DNA from: Neoconidiobolus thromboides FSU 785
Taxonomy: Eukaryota > Fungi > Entomophthoromycota
NCBI GenBank assembly: GCA_025603075.1
Contig: MU626302.1
Span: forward strand, 1 to 64,000
Reading direction: 5' to 3'
DNA: 64,000 nucleotides
Shown: piece after piece, positions 13,552 through 23,762 of the stretch
Layout: each line of letters opens with the position of its first letter
How positions within the stretch are numbered: position 1 is the stretch's first letter
Notes under the pieces: model-generated
What the model was told of the DNA's origin: nothing
Databases searched by the model: none
What the model saw: only the letters and a program-made list of their open reading frames with translations
Made by a program: the position numbers and the translations under genes

Positions 13552-13646
13552 GGGGATGTATTTTTTTGTTTAAGAATTACTACAATCTTTCCACTCAAAT
13601 AGTGCTTAAAAAATGGAAAGATTATGAAACTAAAAAAAACAGCCCC
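13552..13646 (+). mobile_element. MITE family copy 6
   Basis: ATAT|GGGGATGTATTTTTTTG...AAAAAAAACAGCCCC|ATAT; exact TSD; near-identical internally to copy 4 but inverted. Confidence 0.9.
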
Positions 13647-14645
13647 ATATCTTTATTATATTAAAATGATTTATTCTTTTTGTTTATTCTTTCAGATATT
13701 TTGGAAATTTGTTTTCTTTATTTTATTACCTTTTCAAATTAAATCGATTTATGAAATGAACAATAAATTATGACACCAAATAATCGATAATAATATTAAA
13801 TAAAAACATCTTATTTATTCGTTTATTATGTAAAGATCAAAAAATAACAGTTTTTAAAATAATAAGGTATAGTACAAACAAACAATATACTGATGATAAT
13901 TTATTTCATCTATTTTTATATCAGTGAAACAAAAACAATTATTAAACTTTAAAAATTATATTAATTATATTAATTTGGTATTTAATTTAATAACAAAGAT
14001 GCATAATAGTTAAACTAAAATATAATAACCTAAAGTGCATGATGCATTATACGATGTAGGCATAAATAAAATTTTAATAAAATTTTTAAATTCTTGTTTT
14101 TTATTAAATATGAGAACTATATTATTTAATGACATATGTTAATAATGACTTCAAAAAATAAATTTAGCCTTATAAAGTAAATATATTACTTTATCCCATT
14201 CTTTTGTTTTATTTTTGTTTTTATTTTTATTTTTAGTTACTGTTATGAAATAATTGCACAATCTGTTTTAAAATAATAATTTTTAATATTCAATATTTGA
14301 AATCAATTTTTGTTTTAAAGGTTAATACATTGAATACAATATATTACTAAAGTCCTCTCTCGCTGTAGTTTACTTTTATGTATCATGTTAATTGATATCC
14401 GGTTTATTACCATAGTTGTATTACCATAGAGATGGATTAATAGACATTATGGTACCCAGAGTAGATTAAAGTTTAGAACTTGAAAGTTATTGGTTGTATG
14501 TTGATATAGGAGAAGTTCTAAATAATAAGGCGAAAAATGCCAAATTTGATTGGGCACCCTCTTTTGATTGGGAATAAGATCTTTTTTTACTACATTATCT
14601 TTATTATTTTAAAATTATTTAATTAACTAATATTGTCCTTAATCT

Positions 14646-16415
14646 ATGATGACTTCCTTTAATAACAAAATTTCCCCGGAAATATCTGATATCAAACAAA
14701 ACCATTTGGATGAAAAGCTATCATTGAATATGCAAATGCCCCAAGTTAAAGAATTACATACTGACAACATTGGAGCGTTTCAGGATGAGAATGATACAAT
14801 AATGGAAGATAATACGGATAGGCAAGATGATTCAACCCTTAGTTCAATTAAGACGCCATGGGAAGGAAACACTCCTCGTCAATTATCTCTAAGAAACGAT
14901 ATTTCTAAATCTAAACCTTTAAATTTGGGAGTAAGAACTTCAATAATCCAAGATGTTTCAAGAAATTCAAGTATATCGAAGTCCTCAACAGCTGAAATTA
15001 AAAAGAATAGAAGAAGATCTAGATATAAGAAGGTTTCAAAAACCAAGAGTATTGCATCGCTTTCTGCAAAGAATTCAACAAGAACTCATTCTTCTGCTTT
15101 TGAGCTTAAAATGGCAGCACTCGAAGAACAATTACAGGATGCTGCTCCAACCAATGAAGCTATTGATGATATTAATTTGGAATTAAAGGCTTTAGAAGAC
15201 AACCTCATTGATATTGATAGTTCAGATTCTCAAAGCTTCATTTCTGGTTCTGTAGTTACTGATAATAAGGTCCCTATACAAACTAATGTTTTAACCACTA
15301 AAAAGAGTAAAGAGAACATAAGCTTAACATTGTTATTAAAAGAGAATGCAAGGTTAAGGAAAATAGTCGACAAACTTGAATTTGAGTTAAATCAAAGTAA
15401 TGCCAAGACCAAAATTTCTGAAGAACCAGGGCCAGAAATTAGAGAAAAAACTGCAGAAGATGTCCCATTAATATACACTACTTTAAAAACAAAACTAGTT
15501 GAAAGTCAAGAAACTATTTTAAAACAAAAAGAAGTATTGGAAGAACAAGACATGAAAATTCAAGAACTAGAAAGGAAAGTAAACAACCTATCGGATACTT
15601 TAGTAATGGATGAATTATATAAGACTCAATTTAGCGTAAAGTTGGATGAAGATAACGAGATCGATATGCAACCTAATAGAGTAAGAGATTCTCTTTTAAT
15701 GATTGATGATAACATGGATTTTACTAAAGTAAACCTTATTAATGATACTGACCTTAATACTAAATTAAGTCATGTATCTAATCACCGACTTCAAGACGAT
15801 GTAAAGAATTTCGTTACTCAATTGTTTGCCCATAGCAGAGATAAGAGTTGCAACTCGATACGTCAAGTTGACCAATCAGTATCATCAAGCATGCACGAAG
15901 ATGATTTATCATTTACTTTGCCAATTTACTCACTCTACGCAGATGAGCCTATCACACCAATCTTGACGCATTCGAAGTCCTTTGCAATTGGAAGAAACTC
16001 ACGCTCACCTGCTCAAGACTATTTAAAGTTCAAATCTAGTTCTAAGAAAATAATGCAACATTTATCAGTTCCAACTAACCCACATAATAAAGAGTTAGAA
16101 CGTGATAAAAAAAATTTACAAAAAATAATTAATGAACTTAATGAAAGCAATAAGACATTAAGTACTGAAAATCATAATCAAAAAACGCAACTTGATGCTA
16201 ATGAGTTTACTATTAATCAAATGAAAAAAGTAAATCAACAGACTGTTAGTTCACTTATGGAACAAGTTGAAAGATTGAAGATGGAGGTAAATTCATATCA
16301 ATTTCAATTACAAGATATCACACGTAAGAACTCGGCATTGACTTTTGAACTCGAAGAAGCAAATAATAGAATTATTACTTTGGAAGAAAAGAAAGGAGGA
16401 TTTTTGTGCTTCTAA
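14646..16415 (+). CDS. Hypothetical coiled-coil protein (589 aa), apparently intronless
   Basis: Long open ORF; Ser/Lys-rich N-terminus and heptad-like Leu/Glu/Gln segments; ends KKGGFLCF; no family recognised. Confidence 0.75.
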   Translation: MMTSFNNKISPEISDIKQNHLDEKLSLNMQMPQVKELHTDNIGAFQDENDTIMEDNTDRQDDSTLSSIKTPWEGNTPRQLSLRNDISKSKPLNLGVRTSIIQDVSRNSSISKSSTAEIKKNRRRSRYKKVSKTKSIASLSAKNSTRTHSSAFELKMAALEEQLQDAAPTNEAIDDINLELKALEDNLIDIDSSDSQSFISGSVVTDNKVPIQTNVLTTKKSKENISLTLLLKENARLRKIVDKLEFELNQSNAKTKISEEPGPEIREKTAEDVPLIYTTLKTKLVESQETILKQKEVLEEQDMKIQELERKVNNLSDTLVMDELYKTQFSVKLDEDNEIDMQPNRVRDSLLMIDDNMDFTKVNLINDTDLNTKLSHVSNHRLQDDVKNFVTQLFAHSRDKSCNSIRQVDQSVSSSMHEDDLSFTLPIYSLYADEPITPILTHSKSFAIGRNSRSPAQDYLKFKSSSKKIMQHLSVPTNPHNKELERDKKNLQKIINELNESNKTLSTENHNQKTQLDANEFTINQMKKVNQQTVSSLMEQVERLKMEVNSYQFQLQDITRKNSALTFELEEANNRIITLEEKKGGFLCF

Positions 16416-16747
16416 AAGTTGATTGGGTATCGAGTTGAACTTTTCTGTTTTGCATTTAATTATTTAATGTTTCTTTAATTGATTTACTAAACAATAAAAT
16501 AGTTTTGTTTGTATTAAAAAATGTTAATTAAAAATATTGTCTGTTTGTTTATATAGATTTTTTTTTAAACTATCTATACTATGTCATTATTTTAATTTTA
16601 TTATTACTATTGTAATATTCTGAACAATTAAATAGATATAGGTATATTGATTACTTAGAATGATAATCAATTTATAACAAGTTCTTTAAAACCAAATCTA
16701 CTGTAAAATATTATGTAAAAAATATTAAATTTAATTGGAAAGAGATA

Positions 16748-17364
16748 TCAAGGAGTGGCGATAGCATCAAACATCTGCTTTGACAAACTATCTAATTCAG
16801 AATAAAGGTCCATCAAAATGCCAGTATTAGCTTTAGGTTCAGCTATTATATTAATTATACAATTGTTGAAATTAAACTGTATGATTTGATAATTATCAAA
16901 AAATGTTATTATGCTCTTATTTTTTTTTAATCCTAATTTACTTGCCTAATAATTGATTTTAAATCATTTTTTGTAAATTCTGTATCTTATTATCTTACTT
17001 GTTCACTCGCTATTAAAAATACTGAAGTTAATGAGCTACTTTCCAATATTGTATTAAAATCTTCTTTCATATATGCTGAGACCTAAGTTAATAAAAATAC
17101 TTTAATTCAAAAGTAATAATTACCTTTGTATATAATTACTCCTTCTTTATCACTTAAAGCGATGGCATTTAAGCCTTCAATTCTAATTAAACATTTATTA
17201 TATCTAATCATATGTAACTATTGAACTTACCTAGTTAATAACTTTTCAAAATGTTTTTGAACAAACGTCTATATTTTGATTTATTAATCTTTATCCTTAT
17301 TTCCCTATTATTTAATAGTTACCATTTTTTAATTATAATAAAAAACCTTCATTTCTTTTGACAT
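16748..17364 (-). CDS. LAMTOR3: Ragulator subunit LAMTOR3/MP1 homologue, multi-exon (not in ORF track)
   Basis: Spliced translation MSKEMKTFVQKHFEKLLTRIEGLNAIALSDKEGVIIYKV...ASEQASKLGLKKNKSIITFFDNYQIIQFN...ANTGILMDL matches MP1 motifs (VEGLHAIVVSDRDGV, QGSKLGLSKNKSII, ANTGLI). Confidence 0.9.
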
Positions 17365-17859
17365 AGTTTCATATTTGAGCTATTCTTTTTGAATATGCCA
17401 TTTATTTTTATTCAATTATTTCATTCTTATTTTGGAACTTACTCATTTATTTTTCAATTTACTTATTTCGATTTAAGCAACAAAAAGGGGATTTCTACCT
17501 TAAACCAATTCAAGTAACACACTAATAGATCAAGTAATTAATTAAACAAGTAAAATATTTACCTTAAAAATAAATATGAACCAATAATAATAATGAAAAC
17601 AATAAAATAGACCAATAGTAATAAATAATAACTAAATTAGATAATAATTGTGAACAGCTTGATAATAGATGATTGGTAGAGTTAGATTAGAAAAAGAAGA
17701 GAAACAAAAGTATTATAAACATTTCTGAAATTCCTTATTCTATTTAACCCCATAATCTAGCTTAGTTGTTTATTTTTTGATACCAACTTTATAAACATTC
17801 TTTTTATAAAAAAACCAGGCGTTTCGAATACTTTTTATCCACTTCAATAATTTAACAAA

Positions 17860-18196
17860 ATGAACAGCTCTATGACGCGTCAAGATAAACAACTTTATTT
17901 ATTATTAAAAGAGGTCAATGTTTTAAAAGAAAAATTAAATTTTCCTTTGGTTACTGTATCAGAAGCTAGTAAAGGGTAACTCTTATTTTATGTAATTTTA
18001 AACCTAAGAGTTAATTATCTTTGTTCTTAACTCAGTTTGATTGATTTTACTACCAAAACGAAAGACTATATGTTGCCTAACTTATGGGGTAATAGACCCA
18101 ATGATCCATTTGCTCCTGCTTCTAATGGATTTTGTCAGGTAAGTATTGGAATCACAAATAGTTTTAAACATATTTACTTTTATTTAGATATTATGA
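17860..18196 (+). CDS. Heterotrimeric G-protein gamma subunit, 3 exons, 75 aa (not in ORF track)
   Basis: Exons 17860-17975, 18036-18138, 18188-18196 give MNSSMTRQDKQLYLLLKEVNVLKEKLNFPLVTVSEASKGLIDFTTKTKDYMLPNLWGNRPNDPFAPASNGFCQIL; GGL motifs (VSEAS, D-x-L-x-P, DPF) and CaaX. Confidence 0.9.
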
Positions 18197-18578
18197 TGAT
18201 TTTTACTAGCTAAGAAATCATTTATCTTTATGATAGTCTAAGATCAAGGAAAATACATTTACATTTACCCTTTATCTGATGCTTCTTTTATCATTATTTA
18301 ATCTTATTCAATTAAATTTTTTTAATTTCATCTTTTTTATTTAAGCTATGGCTTTTGATTTTTGTTAATGAATTAGTTATTTTTTTGTATTAATATGGTT
18401 AGAATATATAATATTATCATCTATATAATTTTTAACTGTAATAGTATACTTTGAATAAGAATTTGTTGTGAGTAATTTTGATAAAATATTTGAATGGTGG
18501 AATTTGAAATGAAAGTGAAGCTAATTCTTAAAATTAGAATTTTGCTAAACTATTCTTTAATCTTTCTAAAATTGACGA

Positions 18579-20154
18579 ATGAGTTTTAATAAAAACAAGC
18601 CAACAACAAGAGGAGGGGAAACTAGACTAAGTATCAAAGAGAAGGAATATAGGAGTAATATTGAAGAGAGGAAGGTTAATGCAGCCGAGGAAAACAGGTC
18701 AGTAAGATTAATTTCTGAAAGAAGAGATCCAAGGCTATCTACTGGAAGGAAAGAAATTAGATCGATTTTGGGGAGAAGAGAAGTAAAAACAACCATTCTC
18801 ACAAATAAAGTAGTAAAACCAATTAAAGGAAATCAAAGGAAATCAGATGTATTAAAGGAAGGCAGATTAGATGCCGAAAGAAGTGGTAGTTTGAGTGATA
18901 AAGATTCTGAAAAACATTCTTCTCAAGGTGAAAAAAGTGATATTGAGATGAAATTAGAAAGTTTTGGAGACGACTCAAAACAAGAAGAAATAGAACAATC
19001 TTTGAAACAATTTACAGAAGTAATAAGAAAACCTTCTAAATCAGATGATGAAAAACCGCCATTCCGTCCTTGGGTTAATATCCGTAAAAGACCTACTATC
19101 AGGATTATGCCAGAACTTGCAAAGTCTCAAAATAATCATGTAAAGGTAGAAAAAGATGAGCATTTACTGAAGGATGGAGGTTATAAAGAAGAGACAAAAT
19201 TAAGTGATAACGATCAAGATAAATATGAAGAACAGGAGATTAGAGAATCTTATTCTGCAGATGACGAAGAAAAAGGAGACAGAGTTTATGAACGAAAGAT
19301 GAATTTAACTTTACGTGATAATAATAGACCACGTAAGATGTCCGAAGAAGAAGTCAAAGTAGCTTTAGACCAACGCCCTAACTTTAATGCCAACAGCTTT
19401 AAACAAAGAGCAATAAATAGAATGTCCGAAGATTTTCGCTCACCTCTTGTACGTGGAAGACTTAGAAGGGAAGCTATACTAGCAAAGTATAGAAATGAGG
19501 AGCTGGGTTATGCTGAAGGTGAAGTTGCAGGTCATGCGAATGATGTAAGAGATGATGTAAGCAATATCTTTGTAGATGAAAGGGGAAATAGAAGTGCGCG
19601 TGCAAAGATTGAAATAGCTGATTGGACAAAGGATAGTGCTAAAACAAAACCAATATTAAAGATGGTGGATGAGCAAAAAGATCCTGTCGAAGAAGAAGAA
19701 TTAAAGGAAAATGACGAAGATAATGAAAACCATGAACGAGTTGAAATTAGACCAAAGATAGATAGAGTTGAGATGATGTTGAATAGTAAAAGAGAAGAGC
19801 TCCGAAGAGTCCATCATCTAAAAGCGGTTTCTAAAGATTTTTTAAGCAGCTTTGAGTTATTTGATGAATCTATCAGAGGTTTAAACGAAGGTTATAATAG
19901 TAAGTTGAATCTATTTATTTAAATTTATTTAAATTTATTATCATTATAGCTAGTAGAAAAGTATTTAGTAATTGGGAGTATTTCTTAAGGTTTGCAAATC
20001 TTTCAGGTAACTTAAGTTATAAATGAGTCACAATGAATTATAATAACAATTTTTTGCTATAGAAAAATCCAAAAGCAATAATAAAGCAGCATTTGATTTA
20101 GTAGCTATGCCATTAGATCCATCAAACCAAAAGCGAAAATTTAGCAAGAAATAA
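18579..20154 (+). CDS. DAD2: DASH/Dam1 complex subunit Dad2 with very long N-terminal extension, 3 exons
   Basis: Introns 19900-19949 and 20007-20062 keep frame; C-terminus MLNSKREELRRVHHLKAVSKDF...LNEGYNTSRKVFSNWEYFLRFANLS...DLVAMP aligns by eye with Dad2 (K-x-x-EL-x-x-L-x-x-L, G-x7-NW, LV-x-I/M-P). Confidence 0.7.
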
Positions 20155-20171
20155 ACATTAATAATATTTTA

Positions 20172-21070
20172 TTATTTTTTACTTTTAAAAAATTGATTAG
20201 CTTCAAGTACTTGTCTTGCAACATTATTTATATGTTTAAATCGATCCGGTCCTAAATGAATGCCGCCAAAATACCTTGATACTATTACCACTCCATCTTT
20301 AACATCTAATAACTGTAATAAATGTAATAATCTTGAACCTGCTGCTGTTTCTCCATCATCATCCGAATCTAAATAAATATTGATTACTATAGTTTATAGG
20401 TCATTAATAAATTAATACCCTGTAGCATTACACCGTTTTCTAGTTTTATTCTATATGCTATAATATTATGGGCTGCTTTCGCTATCTTTTTAATATTAAC
20501 AAGACTATCTCTAAACTCATTAACTTCGTTCTGACTTGTCACCCTCTTAGCATAGGCAATAAATACACTTTTTCTATCTTCTATAGGAATACTAACAAAA
20601 GTATTTACTGGCAAGATGCTCTCCTCCTTTTCTTCTTTTTCTTGTTTTGTAACTTTCTTGTTCATAATTGACTTTGGGTTTGGTGAGATTTTAATAGCAT
20701 TTAAGTTGACCTTTAGAATCTCTTCTAAACTTTGCAACCAAGTAAATAGGACAACAGAACCTTCTATAAATTGTTCGAAAAATACTTTTCTAATCTGCTG
20801 CTTTAAGTCTTCATTTAATTGATACTCATTATTTACTTCGTTTCTATGAACCCATTCGAAAGTGGGTAAATCTTTGGAAGGGTAGCTTGTGGGCAGTGTT
20901 ATCTCTAGCTCCCACCCTTCAAGGATCGATAAATCATGATACCCTTTTGATGGTAAAAATACCCAGTTGTTTGATCTTTTTATTAAACTTTCTGGGCCAT
21001 AGATCGATTTTATCACCTCGATCTCCTCCTCTTGGTCTTGCAAATTTATGTCAATCTCTCCTTGTTGCAT
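20172..21070 (-). CDS. YIH1: IMPACT/Yih1 (RWD + UPF0029 domain), 2 exons
   Basis: RWD start (QEEEIEVIKSIY, LPTSYPS); EDRKSVFIA, IAKAAHNIIAYRI; second exon DSDDDGETAAGSRLLHLL...VSRYFGGIHLGPDRFKHIN. Confidence 0.95.
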
Positions 21071-21354
21071 ACTATGGCAAAAAATTTAAAAGACAATTCG
21101 CTTTTATTAAAGTTGATTTTTTATCTTAACTACTAAGATGGGAAAATTACTACAATTAAAATTAATTAGTCATTCATTACCTGAACGATACATTAAATTC
21201 AATAATACCTTAGCCATTACTCATAAAATCTTTTATCTATATTAAATTTAAGAAACACTTGATAATATAACTACAAAATCTAGATATCAAACTCAAGTTA
21301 AAAAATGAATTTATTTAAAACTTTTTAAATGAGAAGGTAATAAGTAATTAGTAA

Positions 21355-22389
21355 TTATTCTAATGCTCTTTTTACAGCTGTTCTTTGAGTCTCTGTCAAA
21401 GATGTAGGAAATTTAATGTTATATTGGATGATCAAATCACCTTTAGCCCCTGGGCGTTTAGAGATGGGCATACCTTCACCAGGTAGCCTACTTTCTTGAT
21501 ATGGCCTAACAACTTGGGAAGAAGCGATTCTTAAACTACGTCCATCTAGAGTGGCAATTGATTTTTCGAATCCACATAACGCTTCACTTAAAGTCAAATC
21601 AACATTATGCTTTAAATTATCGCCTTCTCTCTTAAATAGTGGATGAGGTTTTTCCTGTACAACAAACTCTATATCTTGGTTTAACCCATTGCTCAATTCA
21701 TCACCTTCGTTTTGGAATTTCACTTTGGTTCCTGCTTTCCATCCAGGTTTAACGACAACTTCAAGTACCTTTTCTGAAGTACCTCCACTTCTTAGCTTAC
21801 GTGTTACTTTCAACTTTTTAGTAACGCCATTATATAGATCTTCTAAACTCAATGACAAGTTATGGGAAAGTGGTGCTGGCTTAGTAGGAGACCTACGATG
21901 TTGGCCGCCCATACCTCCCATACCTCCCATACCTCCCATACCTCCCATGCCTCCCATACCGCCAAATGGAGAATCGTCCATATCCATAAATGGGTGACCA
22001 CCACCACCGCCGCCAAAGAATTGTTCAAAGATGGATTGTGGGTTTGAAGGGTTAAAACCACGACCTCTACCACCACCAGTTGAAAAATTGAACGAGCCTC
22101 CAGAGAATCCGGGGAAGCCATTAGCTGGGAAACCACCTGGGAAACCACCCTCCCCTCCGCTTCCTTTAAGGCCGTCTTCTCCAAATTGATCATAGATATC
22201 ACGCTTCTTTTTATCACTTAAAACTTCATAAGCTTCTGAAATTTCTTTGAATTTTTTGGTAGCTGCATCTAAGTTATCCTTATTACGATCTGGATGCCAT
22301 TTTAAAGCTAATTTTCTATATGCTTTCTTTATTTCATCTTCAGAGCTAGATTTGGAAACTCCTAATATCTGATAATAATCTTTACCCAT
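21355..22389 (-). CDS. SIS1: Type II Hsp40/DnaJ (Sis1-like), intronless
   Basis: J domain with HPD, G/F and G/M regions, [15 protein letters not shown]-terminal domains. Confidence 0.95.
   Translation of the reverse strand: MGKDYYQILGVSKSSSEDEIKKAYRKLALKWHPDRNKDNLDAATKKFKEISEAYEVLSDKKKRDIYDQFGEDGLKGSGGEGGFPGGFPANGFPGFSGGSFNFSTGGGRGRGFNPSNPQSIFEQFFGGGGGGHPFMDMDDSPFGGMGGMGGMGGMGGMGGMGGQHRRSPTKPAPLSHNLSLSLEDLYNGVTKKLKVTRKLRSGGTSEKVLEVVVKPGWKAGTKVKFQNEGDELSNGLNQDIEFVVQEKPHPLFKREGDNLKHNVDLTLSEALCGFEKSIATLDGRSLRIASSQVVRPYQESRLPGEGMPISKRPGAKGDLIIQYNIKFPTSLTETQRTAVKRALE
21908..21960. repeat. 9-bp coding tandem repeat (CCCATACCT) x~6 encoding GGM repeats of Sis1
   Basis: Directly visible; translates to GGMGGMGGM... 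Confidence 0.9.
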
Positions 22390-22477
22390 GGTTTTTAAAT
22401 AATATGAAGAATCTTAGTGAGTATAAAGTTTAATGGAAAGGCAACTTCATTTTCACGTTTTTTATATTTTTTACTAA

Positions 22478-22495
22478 TTCTAGAATTTTCATGAA
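22478..22495. promoter_or_regulatory. Perfect four-unit heat-shock element
   Basis: TTCtaGAAttTTCatGAA 89 bp upstream of SIS1 ATG; a two-unit TTCgaGAA follows at 22528-22535. Confidence 0.8.
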
Positions 22496-22623
22496 TTTAC
22501 TACCCATATTTATAATTGACATCAAGCTTCGAGAATTTCTAGCCAATTATAGAGCAATTTTTTAGTCACCTTTTATTGGTGTATTTCAATTTACTACAAA
22601 ATTTGAGTGATATTTTGGTTTAG

Positions 22624-23024
22624 ATGTTGAAAAAAATCAATTATCCTAATTATTTTATACGATTTCAGCGATATTACAGCAATAAAATGGTACAAAAATT
22701 AAACTCAGAACAGAGATCTATCTACCTTAAACAGATACAAGTTAATGGCTGGGAGCTTGTTCAAGATAGAGATGCTATTAAGAAAACTTACTTATTTCAA
22801 GATTTTAATCAAGCATTTGGATTCATGACTAGAGTCGCGATTAAAGCTGACAAAATGGACCACCATCCTGAATGGTTTAATGTAATAAATACTCAATATT
22901 GTCAGTTTGAATGTTAATAATTCTTTAGGTTTATAACAAAGTTGAGGTTACGCTTTCTACCCATGACTGTAATGGACTTTCAGAAAACGATATTGAGTTG
23001 GCTAACTTTATGGACAGTCTTTGA
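22624..23024 (+). CDS. Pterin-4-alpha-carbinolamine dehydratase, 2 exons
   Basis: [38 protein letters not shown]|[31 protein letters not shown]; start could be 22624 or 22688. Confidence 0.93.
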
Positions 23025-23551
23025 TTATTTTTTTAAGTAAAAGGTATCTCTGAGTTTCTTGTTAATAAAAACTGATAATTTTTTTATTGACTAAATTATT
23101 GTTTTGTAACATTTAAAGTTCTCTTATATAAACAAAATTAAACCTCTTATTTTAACAGAAAATATTTAACTCACAATAGTATATCTATAAACAATATAAA
23201 TAAAAATAAGACAATTTAAAGTATACTATAATTGAGATGTTCCTTATAGATTATTTTAAAAAACAGAAAATAAAAAGTAGGAATAATTACTAAAACATGA
23301 TAATAATAAATGAATTAATCAATCATAAATACTAACTCTCCAGCCCCTTTGATAGATTAAGTCGTGATTGTATCTTAACCAATTTAAGATACGAACTATT
23401 AGACTGTCGCTTCCCTAAAAAATATAAATATAAAGGAATCACTCGCTTTACAACATAATTTTTGCATTTAAAAATAACTAAAGAAAGCATAAAGAACAAT
23501 GATAGTTCAAGTTATATACTGTACTAATATTCGAAAAATATAGTTTACAAA

Positions 23552-23623
23552 AGGGCGCACCCGGATTTGAACCAGGGACCTATCGATCTGCAGTCGATTG
23601 CTCTACCACTGAGCTATACGCCC
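23552..23623 (-). tRNA. tRNA-Cys (GCA), intronless
   Basis: GGGCGTA TA GCTC AGTGGTA GAGC A ATCGA CTGCAGA TCGAT AGGTC CCTGG TTCAAAT CCGGG TGCGCCC T; cloverleaf, U73 discriminator. Confidence 0.96.
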
Positions 23624-23762
23624 TCTTATGTCTTTTTTAAGAATAGTAATTATTTAACTAAAACGTAGATTTAGCTGATGACATCAATTTTTAATTTTGT
23701 ATGACAAATTGACATGGCAAAATAAAAATTTAAGAATCTTTTTTAAATTATTAATAATTATA

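Noticed and set aside
17505-17725. Hydrophobic mini-ORFs with splice-like signals upstream of LAMTOR3
   Set aside because: T-rich strands translate hydrophobic by default; no supported start; more likely UTR/promoter
23359-23405. SECIS-like GUGA...GA hairpin downstream of the TGA-terminated PCBD gene
   Set aside because: Only 9 nt between core and AA, where SECIS needs ~11-12; the core register conflicts with the perfect helix; PCBD ends at the normal family length and is not a selenoprotein
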